From contig NC_043004.1 in assembly GCF_006345805.1 (NCBI RefSeq), positions 98,146,001-98,210,000 on the forward strand: a stretch of DNA of 64,000 nucleotides. The letters are read 5' to 3'. Positions 40,483-54,110 of the stretch are shown in pieces. Positions within the stretch are counted from its first letter, which is position 1. Each line of letters begins with the position of its first letter. Below the pieces are notes generated by a model that was not told the origin of the DNA, ran no database searches, and saw only the letters and a program-made list of their open reading frames with translations. Position numbers and translations under genes: made by a program. Source of the DNA: Octopus sinensis. Taxonomy: Eukaryota.

Positions 40483-41835
40483 ATTGTTGACTCTGTTCTT
40501 ACTATCATTCCCAAACAGCATTCAATGCTTCTTTTGTTTTTGGTTTTTTGTATAGGTCATTTCTATGAACTCTTATTACCACACGCGCGCCTTCTTTCGG
40601 TATCCCAGCTGGGTATAGCACTAGGCTATCATGGAAATATTTGTGAGTTATTCATAGAAACCAACCGACCTCATATTGACTTATACATTTACCACATGTG
40701 GGTTTTTGCGCAAATCTGATGATAAATCATTATCGCTGGTAAAGCTAATGTTTCTTAGTCTCATCAACCATGGTAGACCTGCTCTAACAATCTGATCTTC
40801 TTGGTAAATGCAATAGTTTGATAAATCAACGTAACAATTAGACGCACGTTTCCAAATACCGGGCTTCGACCAATAGAGCCCACATCCTGTCACATCAGAA
40901 ATATTTGCTTCCACATTCTTCTTCAAGAAAGCATGAAACCTCTTCCAATTTTTGAAAACCACATGTTACCTTTCTTTTCTCTATATCAGTGAAAGATTTA
41001 TCGGAAAACAAAGAACTGGTATTTGTGATATGCTTTGCCCATTCCTTATTCTTGGCTTGCTCGCTTTTCTGTCGGATTTAGGTAAGAAGAAAAGAGTTGC
41101 TCTTGCAAATTATTGTAAATTTCCGGCGCCCTATCGTGGCTGCCAGGTCCTTATACGCACCATCCAGTCTGTTGTTTGCTGCCTTACCGTGTCTATTCCA
41201 TCTCCTTATATCCCCGTTTTAATTTTTTTTTATTTTTCGACATTTCCCATTTTTCTCAAAATTTAGCCTTCACATTTACAAACGATGATGTGAAACTGCC
41301 GTGACTTATGATCGACTCTGTGCTCCGTGATGTAGTGTTTTAAGTTCACTGCACGCTTTTTTGTAACCCTAGGTACTTAGGATTCCTGTTGCTCATATTA
41401 CAATAAATAAAACAATAATAAATCTGAAGTGAAGCATGCGGATATACTGCGTGTGTTTATTTGTCAAAAAAAACCCCTCCTGAAATATAACAATATTTGT
41501 CTCAACATACGACTTCACATCAGGAATCTTGCATTACAAATACATGACCGTTTATAATAATTATTACTATGCGAATAGTCGTTTCTTTATTAGCCCCATA
41601 GCTCATTTCATTAAAGTACAATCTATCTATGTTTTTGTTTTTATGTTTTCGTTTCTCATTGTGTCCAACGTATTTTTGATGTCCTGTACCCGTGTATACA
41701 TGTGTATATACATATATATGTAGGTATGTGCATATTTGTATGTATATGTGCTTATATTTATATTATTATGTGATCGAACGCCACGCATCCTTTTCTAAGT
41801 TATATATATATATATACAATATCTGTACATCACTT

Positions 41836-41877
<42 letters not shown>

Positions 41878-41882
41878 GTATA

Positions 41883-41938
<56 letters not shown>

Positions 41939-43020
41939 TCTGTTCGAAAATCTGAGTATGTTTTTGTAAATAGGTATTGTTCTTGGCAGGTGTTAAATTT
42001 GGTTTTCGTAAACGTTGACTAACCACAAGACATTCTCATTCCTTTGCGGATGTACGTTAGGTTTCATTCCTTTGATATACAAGAGAAAATACGTAGCTAT
42101 CGTTCCACTTACTACGTTTGCATAATTTTCTCATTATAAGCTCTTTATCGCAGTTAGATTTAACTGCCAAATGAGGTTGTTTATCATGAGGTAAAGTCCG
42201 TATTTATTCTTTTTCTGTTGAGGCTCTGACAGAAGAAAATCACTTTCCTGACGTTAGTGAGTATTAGTCTCTGCAATCACATTAGTTTCTGATTCAGTGC
42301 CTTTTCTATGTCACTCTGATCTGGCGCATTAGTTTTTTTTTTAATCATGATTTCCTTTTTTCATTTTGTAATGAGTTAAATTTTGAAAAAGAAATAAATA
42401 CATTATGAAATCAAATTCAATAAAATGTTTCTATTTTGCTTCATTACGTCTAAACAGAAATAACAAATATTTTACCGCTGTAGTAAATATATTTCTAGCA
42501 CAAGATGTTTAAAATATTTTTGTAAGAGCTTCAACATTTATTTTTAAATGTAAGAACAGAAAATTTCAGAATCTTGCCAGATGACAATTTACGTAAATAT
42601 TTCAGTTTATTACACAGGAGTAATGAATGTTCGAACAGGAAATATTCGAAAAAATTTCGATAGATATGTCTCTGGATTGAAGGTAAACTTACGCACTTAT
42701 TAACAATATCGTTGGTTCAAGATCAAGTTAAAATTTCTCGGTGGTTCTTCCTATACTAAGCGTACTAAATTATTCAAATAATTGACTAATCTAAAAAGAG
42801 GGGTCGTTACCGAATTTCGACTCATTTTGAAAGAGAAATCTTCCTATCTGCTGAAGCAGACTAACGTTTGGACAAAGAATATTGCTTTTAGGCTTTTCAT
42901 AAGCAAAAAGGAATTTTAGATAATAACATAGGAAACTTCTTATTGAAAATAGAATTGGGAGTGTACCGTATGTCATATAAGATTTTGAATAACGTTTAAT
43001 TAATTGCAGTAGCATCCTGT

Positions 43021-43335
43021 AAATTGAAAATGAGTCAATAGAAATAAATTTGTAGTTTGTTTTTTTGTAGCATGTATTTTAATAATAAACATGTCTTTAT
43101 TTTATTAGGATCATTTGAATTATTTTGTTTCTTTTTACCTAAAACCATCTGATGAGCAGAAATAGTTTGTGCCACTATTTGAAACCCTTATAATTTCTAT
43201 TATTTGGCTCGCATTAGCCTATCACGGGGTTGATGTTCCGCACCTTTCTTGAGTGGAATATTAGAATACTAGGGTGAATACTAGAGTGGTAAGTGGAACC
43301 TACTGCTGACCCCGAATTTTACTTTACCATGACCG
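43021..43335 (+). repeat. Segment A-[hammerhead-like]-B; permuted inverted relative B-A at 44285-44539
   Basis: 43021-43138 matches 44407->44285 and 43194-43335 matches 44539->44408; CTGATGA...GAAAC at 43149-43186. Confidence 0.7.
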
Positions 43336-43345
43336 TTTCTCCACA

Positions 43346-43385
<40 letters not shown>

Positions 43386-44540
43386 ACACACACACTCACA
43401 CACACTCTCAAACACATACACACATATACACGCTAACACTGACATACACTTATATGCTTACATACATACCCATCAGTAGAAAAAATTATACATATATCCC
43501 TATACAGAGAAATGTTAATTGAACTCCTTCGGTTTCGATCACGAGCATTCCTAGTTCATTTAATAGGAATATATACTAATTAAATAAGCATTTGTCTGAG
43601 TGCTTTACAATTAACGTAATTCACAAGTGGTATCAGTGTAATACTGTGCGAAAAGGTAGCTTCATTGAATTACATTTATATTCAGTTTGATGAGCTTCCA
43701 ATTTCTTCCTGTCGACCAATTTGATGTCTAAAGCAATGAGATTGGCCTGATGGTGATATCGAAAGTACACTAGAACCAAAAATATCCACATCTTGAAAAA
43801 TATTATTTTTGAATTTCATCCTCTCAGCGTTAAAAGATAAATAAAGAATCGTGGGGTATTCCAATTGAATCAGCAGACAATTTTCAATATGACAAGCTAT
43901 TAATTTTTGTATGGTAGAGAAAATAAAATCATAACTGCTCTCGTGATCTGTTGCTTGTGTGAATGTAAATGCTTCGTCAGAACATAGAAAGAAAGGGAAC
44001 GTCTATGGGGAATGAACGAGGAATCTCCATCTCTTATATCCAGATTAAAGGTTTCCGTTTGTACAGGTTATCATAGATGTATTTTTGACTGGGCAACAAG
44101 AGATCTGCATAAAAATGTAGAAATACTGGTGTTCTCTCTGAGCTATAGAACAATATGTCTTCCATTTTCCAAATATATTTCACTGGATTTACAATGAAAA
44201 TTTGTAAACCATTCCATAATTCGTCTATTTGAGGTTCCTTGACTAAACACATGACCAAAACATCATAAGCAATTCGCAACATAGAAAAAAGAACCAAAAT
44301 AATACAGATGGTATAATAAAATAACAAGTCAGTTATGCTTTAAATACATGCTCGGAAAAACAGACCACAAACAAGCTAATTCATTTCTATTGACTCATTT
44401 TTAATTTAGGGCAGAGTAAAGTAAAAAATCAGTGTCAGTAGAGGATAACACATTCCTCTCCAGTACCTAGTGTAGTACAACGCGGGGCATCAACCTCGCG
44501 ATAGTATAGTGCGCATAATGCGAGTCAAATAGTAGAAATA

Positions 44541-44765
44541 CCAATTGTCTGAAAAGGTGGCACAGGACCAGCATCTTTTGAGGGGAATGTGAAGTCGATT
44601 ACATTGAATCCAGTACTTGACAGGCACTTATTGTATCAACGCCGTGAGGATGAAATGCAAAGTGGATCCTGGTGGAATATGAAATCTAAAAGTAAATAAG
44701 GATTAAATACCGCTAAGCATTTCGACCAGTATGCTAATCGTTCTGTGACATCGCAGCTTTCTATA
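44541..44765 (-). mobile_element. SINE family C (tRNA head, Meta-domain-like), diverged
   Basis: Minus strand reads ...TTTGCATTTCATCCTCACGGCGTTGATACAATAAGTGCC, resembling the MetaSINE CCTTTCATCCTTTCGGGGTCGATAAA motif; related to 56380-56576. Confidence 0.7.
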
Positions 44766-44973
44766 GTAGAAATAATAACGAACAGAGAAAAACCACACAA
44801 ACAGGTGTGATATCTAATCAATGCTTTATAGAACATACACATTTTTCCACAAAATTTCGAAATGATTACATAACAGTTGCAGAAACATTATGCCTTCACC
44901 TCATCAGTATCCCGCAATATATTCGTAATGAATACCCTACATGTTTTATGATTACTACTATTATTTCTATACA

Positions 44974-45012
<39 letters not shown>

Positions 45013-45051
45013 GCGCTCTCTCTCTGCATATATATATATATATGTGTGTGT

Positions 45052-45100
<49 letters not shown>

Positions 45101-45102
<2 letters not shown>

Positions 45103-45945
45103 GGGTACGGTGCATAAACTGTCATCTAAATTAAGCAAAAATTAACATCTCATTTTAACAGATATTTTTACCAAAATTACATAAAAATATCTTGAAATAT
45201 CTTGAGTAAACTTATTCAATAGAATTGCAATTGGCTTCAAGCACGGTCTCCACACGACTTGTGAATCTCCTGCAACTCTTCTGGACGATCACCTTGTTGA
45301 AGTTGGTCAATGCTGCCATAATCCTTGCCTACAGTTCATCTTTGGGGTTTCAACTAGTTTTGTTGATCTTTCGCGCAAGTGCGCCCCATACATGATAATC
45401 AAGGGGGTTGCATTCTGGGAAATTAGGTGGTCAGATATTAGGGGTGATTTGGTTGCAGAAATTGTCTGACAGCCATGACTAGGTTCTCCTGTTTATGTGG
45501 CATGATACAATGTCACCCTCTTGAGCCAGGGCAGTACTACCTACTCCAGGCACTTGATGTAGGCTACCGTGTTGAGTCTGAAGCCTTGTGAGAAGATTAA
45601 TGGAGGCATAACGTCGCTATCATGATTGATCACTCCAAACACCACGATATTGACTGGATGTTCGATTTTTATCACTCTCCGTTCATGTCCTCAGATCGCA
45701 GTGTCCGCAGACTGACAACGAGACACTCTGGAATGTCCGTTTTGAGGCTTCTGGCGCGAATGCAAAAGAGTACAGCATGTTGTTTCCAATTTTCTGGCAG
45801 CCTGAATTGCGTCATGGTGTCGTTTTTCTCACAGACGGTGCCCAATTGACAGTGCTATACTGTGTAGTCGAAAAATAAAAAACAATCAATGCGCATGCAT
45901 GAAATTAAAACTATAAAATGGTGTCAATTTATCTATCGCAACCTG
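45101..45945 (-). mobile_element. Internally deleted Tc1/mariner element (maT/DD37D-like)
   Basis: TA-flanked ~28-bp imperfect TIRs. HPVNIVVFGVI, PPLIFSQGFRLN and PPNFPECNPLDYHVWG are present, but most of the N-terminal half is missing. Confidence 0.82.
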
Positions 45946-45993
45946 TATGTATGTGTGTATGTATATAAATAGCTATATGTATATATATATATA

Positions 45994-46037
<44 letters not shown>

Positions 46038-47667
46038 CATACCTATTTTAAACATGCTTAAGGGTTTTAAAAATTAAAATATAGTTAATTGTACTGAACA
46101 TTGATAAAGTTAGATAAGGGCCTGATGATTGGGGTGGCATCTTGAGAGGGCTTCCAGGGAAACACGGAGTGGTTTAGAAACCCGAGGATGTACCTCAAGA
46201 AACATATGTTGCCAATTGATAATACAGCAGATATTTAAAATAAAAATAAAAATTCTTTTTATTTGTGAGATGTAGGGGTCTACTATCTCTAAATTAAAAT
46301 ATATTTCTTCATTGAGAATAATTTGAACCTCTGTTATGCCGGAATTTTTATTCCCTAAAAAATAATACATATATGTATATATATATACCGGTTTTCACTT
46401 TAAATGTAGTAATCATTATTATAGTATTGCTCGGCAACTAACAGATTTTAGATTGATTTCGAAATCGCTTGCATGCTTTACAAAAATATGCTTGTAACTA
46501 AAGAGAACATTGTATATTTGTAATTAGTATATTAACACATTTTTGTAACTTGGTTTAAAATTTTACTTTTCATGTTAAATTCGAGAGTTTTAGGCCTTTT
46601 AAACTACTTTACACAGCAAAAATGAACAAATTATTATTCTTGGAGTTTCGATGGTTTCCACAATCATGGTTTCTACGTCACTCATTATATAAAAATTAAA
46701 ATCTTTACACGATACTCACTTCAGTTCTGTTGATAAAATCAGCCCTTGGGAGTATAATTTTACGAATTCTAATATACAGAGAAATTGTTCTCCGGATAAC
46801 ACATTTGCAATATAACATCTATTTACTTCTGAATGTACTTTGATGTTATATTCAAACGTCATTTTCTTTTGCAGTTCTGTTCCAATACGCCTGCTCATGT
46901 TCCCTATTATCAAGCACTTTGCTTATTGCTTTGCACGCATAGATACATCTTATTATTGTTGTTGAGTATGACTCTTTCTCACTTTGTTTCTTTCCTTCTC
47001 TATCTCTCTCTCACTAGATATATGTTCGTGAGTGCATATATATACTTAAATATGCAGACACACACACGCATGCGCGCGTGCACATACACACATACACACA
47101 CGCAAACACGCGCACGCACACATACCATCGTTGATTCTTTTAGTACTTCTTCTGGGCCCTAGACTGCAGTCATTTTGAGGAACTTCTTTGAAAGTATTAA
47201 TCAGTCAAATTTTATGAGACTGTTAGTTAGTGGAACTTACAACATTTTGGGTAGTGGTGGGGCCATAAATTCGAACTAAAAAACGTGTGGCCACGCATAT
47301 ATACATATATACATTGGGCTTTCACACAATTTCTCTCTACTAATCTTACCGAAGATAGCACACAGTTGTATAGAGCGCCGAACGATGTAGATGCGATGAG
47401 ATATTCTGAGTCAAACAGCGATTCCTGCTCCTAGGCACAGTGGGAATACCAAACCTGTGCACTAACAGTGTGTACGGATACTCTCGCACTTACTAAAACA
47501 AATACAGATGTGTCCTTCCAGTTCGGTATACATTCACAAGTATAGACCAAATACACAACGTATACGTGAAGTCAGACAGGAGTATATTCCGGCGTGCAAT
47601 TCAGGGTCCACTTTAGACTCGGGATCCAATGCAGGGACGGTTCCATGTATGATTTACTATAAACAGT

Positions 47668-47857
47668 AACACAGATGGGCTGAAGTTCACTACAGCAGTT
47701 TCACACAGGGTTTTTATGTGGCACAAATCGATTGCATCATATAAAACAACCATTTCATACAGGCGAAGAAGCCGATATTTTTACATAGTGTAATCAATTT
47801 GTCCACCAATAAATATCACGTCTGAAACAGCTGTAGTGAAGCTCAACTCATCTGTGC

Positions 47858-47860
<3 letters not shown>
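47668..47860. repeat. Short inverted pair (~38-bp arms, ~115-bp spacer) ending in (TA)n
   Basis: 47668-47705 is the reverse complement of 47822-47860; the motif GAAACRGCTGTAGTGAA also occurs at ~35772. Confidence 0.7.
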
Positions 47861-47918
<58 letters not shown>

Positions 47919-48014
47919 CATATCACTTTCTTGAGTGTCAAACTAATACACCTGCTTATTGTTCATACACTTGTGTTTTTCTTTTGTTTTTCTGTAAATT
48001 TCAACTACTTCGAC

Positions 48015-48454
48015 GTTCTGAAGCGTTTGAGGGAGGACATTAAGCGAAAACGACCAGATCTGTGGAGCCCCCAAGATTGGCTTCTTCCCGACGACAACGA
48101 ACTCTGTCACCGAGCTCTCTCATTCGTGAGTGTCACGCCAAAAACAAAATGCCATCGCTCTATTCGCTAGATTTGGCACCTGCGGATTTCCGACGATTCC
48201 CCGAGAAGAAAATGCAGCTCAGAGATAGTTGTTTTAACACCGTTGTCGAGACGGAGGGCGAATCGCAGGTCTTCGACTCGCTTACGGATTACAAGCCGGT
48301 TTCCAGGCGGGATTTCAAAAGTGGCAGAAATGGTGTGACAGGTGTATTACTGCGCAAGGTGACTATTTTGAAAGAGATAATGTTAAAACTTAGGTAATAA
48401 TTTTCATTTTTTATTAAACATAACTAGTCCGAGAAACTTTTGATACCACCTCGT
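48015..48454 (+). mobile_element. Mariner 3' remnant with right TIR
   Basis: VLKRLREDIKRKRPDLW...YSLDLAPADF...FQKWQKWCDRCITAQGDYFE; TIR ...GAGAAACTTTTGATACCACCTCG+TA. Confidence 0.88.
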
Positions 48455-49145
48455 ACACACATAAATAGACACACACAAACACACACACATATACATACAT
48501 ATATATATATATATATCCATACGTAGAAATATACGCTCGCATGTAAATACATTATACTTATATACATGTACACACAGGACTTATGGGTACCTTAGCCGTC
48601 ACTCGCAAGCGTGTGTGGTCTTGGAGCTTACACCATGATTTCGCTTTGAAATGTGTATATAGCTGCGAAACCATAGTTTAGGCAGTATAATTATACCAGC
48701 TGGAAAGTTACAGAGCTGCAGCACCTATAGGCTTGTTCTCAATTACTTTGGAGTAACGTAAAACGAAAAATGCCCCTCAAGGATACAATATGCGGTCCAG
48801 TCTGTGAGTCTAAAGTTTGATTTTATGATCGTGACCCCAAAATAACGACAACTAACCCATTCGAATTCACTAAATTTTCAAACATGCGCACGCACACACA
48901 CACACGTGGAAAGACATTTGTGCATATGTGTTTATGTGTATACATTTGCGAATCTATATATATAAATATATATCGATAAATCTATTTAGGCATAAATACA
49001 TGTTTGCGTGTACAAATAACATTTGTATATAAGTGTACATATACCTATGAAGAAATGTATTCACACATACACACACACATATATATATACATGAATATGT
49101 ATATATATATATACTTAAATGAATCTGAGTGTGTGTGTAGGTATG

Positions 49146-49198
<53 letters not shown>

Positions 49199-49757
49199 CT
49201 TTTGAGTGTATGTGTGCCTGAATGAGTGAGTGATGAGTGTGTGAGTGGTGGTGGAGGTAATACTCATTGAAACTGTGTTCTAATCAGTTTCAGCATCTAA
49301 ACAAATTAATTTCCGTTCACTTCTTACTTACTTTATCGTAAAGAAAATTTTGAAAAATGTAAAATACTTTTTGAAGCATTAAAATATAGAAATTGCAAAA
49401 ATATAAAGATTGAAGCAAAAAATACAGTCATATGCAGACAAAAAAAAAAAAAATAAATAAAAATATTAACACGTAAAGAAAATATAAATGTGTGTAACAT
49501 CTACCATGTGAGTGTCTACTAATCATTCACTTCATCCACAGAGCTTCTAATACTTAGCAAATTTTATCGAATTATTACCTTTTAACATCTCCGGAAATTC
49601 AATTACTAAATTTTTAGTCTAAAAATGCCAATATCATTGGAATTTAGAAGTGTTTTACTTTTAAAAGAACATCATTTTCAGTATTCAAAGATTATTGCGT
49701 CTCATCATTATAAATTGAATTTATAAAAAAAAGTGTGTAAGATGCTGCAACACACAG

Positions 49758-49788
<31 letters not shown>

Positions 49789-49854
49789 TCTATGAATAAT
49801 TTGTGTATGGGTGTGTGTGTGTGCCTGTGTTTGTGTGTGCGTGTTGATATATAT

Positions 49855-49895
<41 letters not shown>

Positions 49896-50169
49896 TTTAA
49901 AGATAGATAGATAGACAGACAGATAGATAGATAAAAAGATAGACGTACAGATATATAGATAATTACATACGTGTAAATATACATATATAAGCATTTATGT
50001 ATTTATGCATATGAACAGTTTTTCTAACGTTCAACTCCTCTGTCTTTGTTAAACCTCTTATCTCTTTCTGACTTTCTCTAAGTGTGTGTGTCTGCACGTG
50101 AGTGTGCATTTGAAGGTGTTGTATTGAAACCCACATACACAAAGACATATTTATACGCATCAATATATA

Positions 50170-50470
<301 letters not shown>

Positions 50471-51424
50471 GCCTATGAACTTAAAAAATATAAAATGTAT
50501 GAAATGAATATTACGAAATTATCAAATTTTTTAAGCAACAGGCAAAAAAAAATCTGTGAAAATTAGAGAATAAAAATGAAAGTATTGAAATAAAGATGTA
50601 AGAAATGATTAAATAAAACAAATATTAATAGCAATAATATTAATGTAAACTGTAAAGATGAATCTAAATTGTATTGAAGAGATTTCTTTCTAGCTGAAGT
50701 AGCAAAAGCGGCTCGGGTTGGAGAAAAATTTTGAGAAGGATTGAATTAGCAACGTGATTCCTGTTAAAGATAATTTTATTCGACACATCCATTCCATTAA
50801 ATGCGTTTTAGCAATAATGGAACTTTACCGTTGCCGTTATTGTGATCATTATCAAGTTTGTCATCTTGATCTCCACTGTATCACTGTTACCATTATTATT
50901 TTCATCATCATTGTAATCATTGTCACTTTTATTCTCTGACTCAGCATTTCGTTGTAGTTTTGTCGCTTTTGAATTGTTAGGTATCAAGTGGCTTCTTGCA
51001 ATTTTAGTTATGTAGTACCTTTCGTAAGATTTTTGCTACACAAGGCAAACAGGATTTCAGTAAGTTCGCGAATTTCACCAACTTATCCAAAACCATGTAT
51101 TCTTCCGCCCACTGTCTCCAATGTTCCTATTTCAGTTAGGATAATTCCAACTTTATGCAATTCCAAGGACTCTATGTTTTACGTCCTGGTATTTTTTATA
51201 TATTCCCAAATTCCGTATCTATCATTCTAGTATGAAATGGGCAGGCAACACATTATCTCCTCATTACTGCGTGTAACAATAACCGAGATTTAATTATCCA
51301 TTTGCTTATCGTCCTGAATTTTTCATGTTCCATTCTAAATTCACTTGACCATACTCTAAAACTGGTTATGCTTCATGGTCATTAGATAAAACAGGACGGT
51401 TGGTGTGATGACGGGACTGAAGTA

Positions 51425-51824
51425 TTACTCTTTTACTCTTTTACTTGTTTCAGTCATTTGACTGCGGCCATGCTGGAGCACCGACAAATCGACCCCGGGA
51501 CTTATTCTTTGTAAGCCCAGTACTTATTCTATCGGTCTCTTTTTGCCGAACCGCTAAGTGACGGGGACGTAAACACACCAGCATCGGTTGTCAAGCAATG
51601 CTAGGGGGACAAGCACAGACACACAAACATATACACGCATATATATATATATACATACATATATACGACGGGCTTCTTTCAGTTTCCGTCTACCAAATCC
51701 ACTCACAAGGCATTGGTCGGCCCGAGGCTATAGCAGAAGACACTTGCCCAAGATGCCACGCAGTGGGACTGAACCCGGAACCATGTGGTTGGTAAACAAG
51801 CTACTTACCACACAGCCACTCCTG
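51425..51824 (-). mobile_element. SINE family B, near full length
   Basis: All modules present. Confidence 0.92.
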
Positions 51825-53694
51825 CTGTGTTCAAGATTTTTGACTAACTTGGAAAAAAATAATGAGGAGATTCCTGCAAAGTCTATGAGAAAACACTAAA
51901 GAAAGAATTCAATAACAGGCTATTTAGCACCTTTTTTCCTGTAGATGCCACACACTGGCTTCCCACACACCGGTCAACATTGTCTCTGTTTTGTATCCAT
52001 TTCGCTATTCTTTTCCTCCCCTGTCTTCACTCTTCTCTAGTTTGAAAAATCTTACCTACATATTTCTGTCTGTGTCTCTTTATCTATCAGCGGCCTTTCT
52101 CTCTTTGCATTTCTCTCTGTCCATCTCCGTCATTTACATACTCTTTATCCTTATTCCCATCTTTCTCCGCACTCTCTCGTTTTTCCTACCAGCTCTTTCA
52201 CGACCTTCTCTACTCCTCTCTGTTGGTTTCTCCTTTCACTTTTTAGTGTCACATGACCTTTCAATTTTTTATCACCCATCTTTTTTCTACTTGACCAGTT
52301 TCTAGTTAGGACATGTTATTTTTCAACTCCTATATAGCATTCACTTCGGACCCTCGGTTTGTTTCGTCTTTTCACTTTACATTCTATCTTTTCTTTCTTT
52401 CTGTTTTTATTCCCTTCAATCCCATCTTCTTATCCTTCTCCTGATCCCTCTCCTATACCTTTGGGACACAAGTACCACTATTTTCTTTCTTTTTTTGTTA
52501 GTTTTCGTCATATAGTGTCGCACATTTCGAAACATTTGCAATTTTCATTTTTATTGTTTATGTTTGCTTCGCTCAGTATATCTCTGAAATTTAACATTTT
52601 AAGATACAAAATATATTTCATATCATTTCACATAATATACGTTACTCGTTCAATTAAAATCAGAAAAATACAAATGCATATCCTCCTGTTTTTAGTTTTC
52701 TTTTCAAAGTGTGAGGAAATTTAAAGTTGTTAAATGAAACATTATTCAAATTCTCTGTTTCATAACAATGTTGAGTAAGTAAGTTTTAATAAATTCATTA
52801 AAAATAATTAAGGTAAACCCTGCTTTTCAATTATGAAATTGTTAATTAAGTTGCATTTCTTGACATTCTCATTTATTTTCATCTGCGTGTGCTATGTCAA
52901 ATCCACGAGAAGAAACAGTGAGGGAATTTTCAGATTTCTTTAGTACTGCGTCATGTCAATAGAATGTGGGAATATCGGAGGTTGCAGGGGTGCAATACAG
53001 TAAACAAATTAACGGTAAACCTATTCCAATATGTCAAGAAATGCCATAAAAACAACTTGCTTGTCACAGGAACAATTTGTGCCCGGAAAAACATTCAAAT
53101 TTCACAAGGATGCAAAGAAAGGTACATTCGGTCTATACTAGTTCAAGAATGCCCCGTAGATTCATTATGATATTTAGTATGATGCGGTTATCTGCTGGAT
53201 TTGAACTCCTTATTTCAGAGATCACCCTCCCTATTTCAGAGATTTGGCCCCATCGGCCGATTTGGCCCATCTGTCGATTTGGTCTCATCTGCTCCGGCTA
53301 ACAGGAAGGTAATGGTGTATTCCAAGCAGTGTCAGTTCCAGAATCGGGCAGCTTCATGTTGGTGATGGCTTACGTCTGCAGGCATCCTGCGGCGAAAAGG
53401 TGCAATACGAGGATGACTTGCCACCTGTCGTGTATAATGGCTTATGAATACAGACTGGAGCTGTTTTCGCTGATTCTGATCATCCCTTGAATCTACTATG
53501 AAATCACACAGCGTTGAACTCAATAGGAGCCTGCTTAATCCCTCCCGGGTGAATCTCATTGCAAGACAAGATAACAAGGCAGAATATGTAATGCCATATG
53601 AGGATAACGTGGAGTAATTAGAGATTAGGTGGGGTTAATGTTTGAAAGCTTTTACCTTAAAATCTACTGGAAAGATGGCAGCATTTTAAAGTAA

Positions 53695-54110
53695 GTTGGT
53701 TAAGTAATTGGCTGTACGTAAGCACTGACATTGAACTGTTATAATGAAGCCCTTTGCTTCTGATTTAAGGCCAGATGCAACCAACCACTGTCGGATCATC
53801 CTTTATATCAATAACAGAGTCACTGTCTTATTGGGTGATTATCATGTAACACATTAATTTCTTCTATTATACAGTTCTATGATTCGATTTGATTTGGCCT
53901 GCACTTTTATTTGTTTTCTTTTCACGGTTGCTTCTTCAGTTTTCTCTATCTGTATCTTAATCGCAGTGATCTTTATGTAGATATTTTCTTAGTTTCTTGT
54001 GGCATTTGGCAGAGTTTTTGGTGCTTTCGCTCTTACGTGCAAGTTTAAGACTCCAGTTATGTTCTCTACTTATATACAATATCGTGCATTCCCATTTATA
54101 TGGCCATGGG
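53695..54110 (-). mobile_element. Probable R4/Dong-clade LINE remnant
   Basis: Minus frames give NWSLKLARKSESTKNS and QWLVASGLKSEAKGFIITVQCQCLRTANY, resembling the WL..G.L..ETEGFI.A.QDQ...T.NY motif C-terminal to RT in R4/Dong elements. Confidence 0.6.

Noticed and set aside
41050-41090. Plus-strand AG|GTAAGA recursive-site-like motif
   Set aside because: Purines interrupt the tract near the AG, and such motifs are expected by chance.
46110-46200. CTGATGA...GAAAC motif
   Set aside because: I could not form stems I and III or a cleavage triplet, and found no partner arm.
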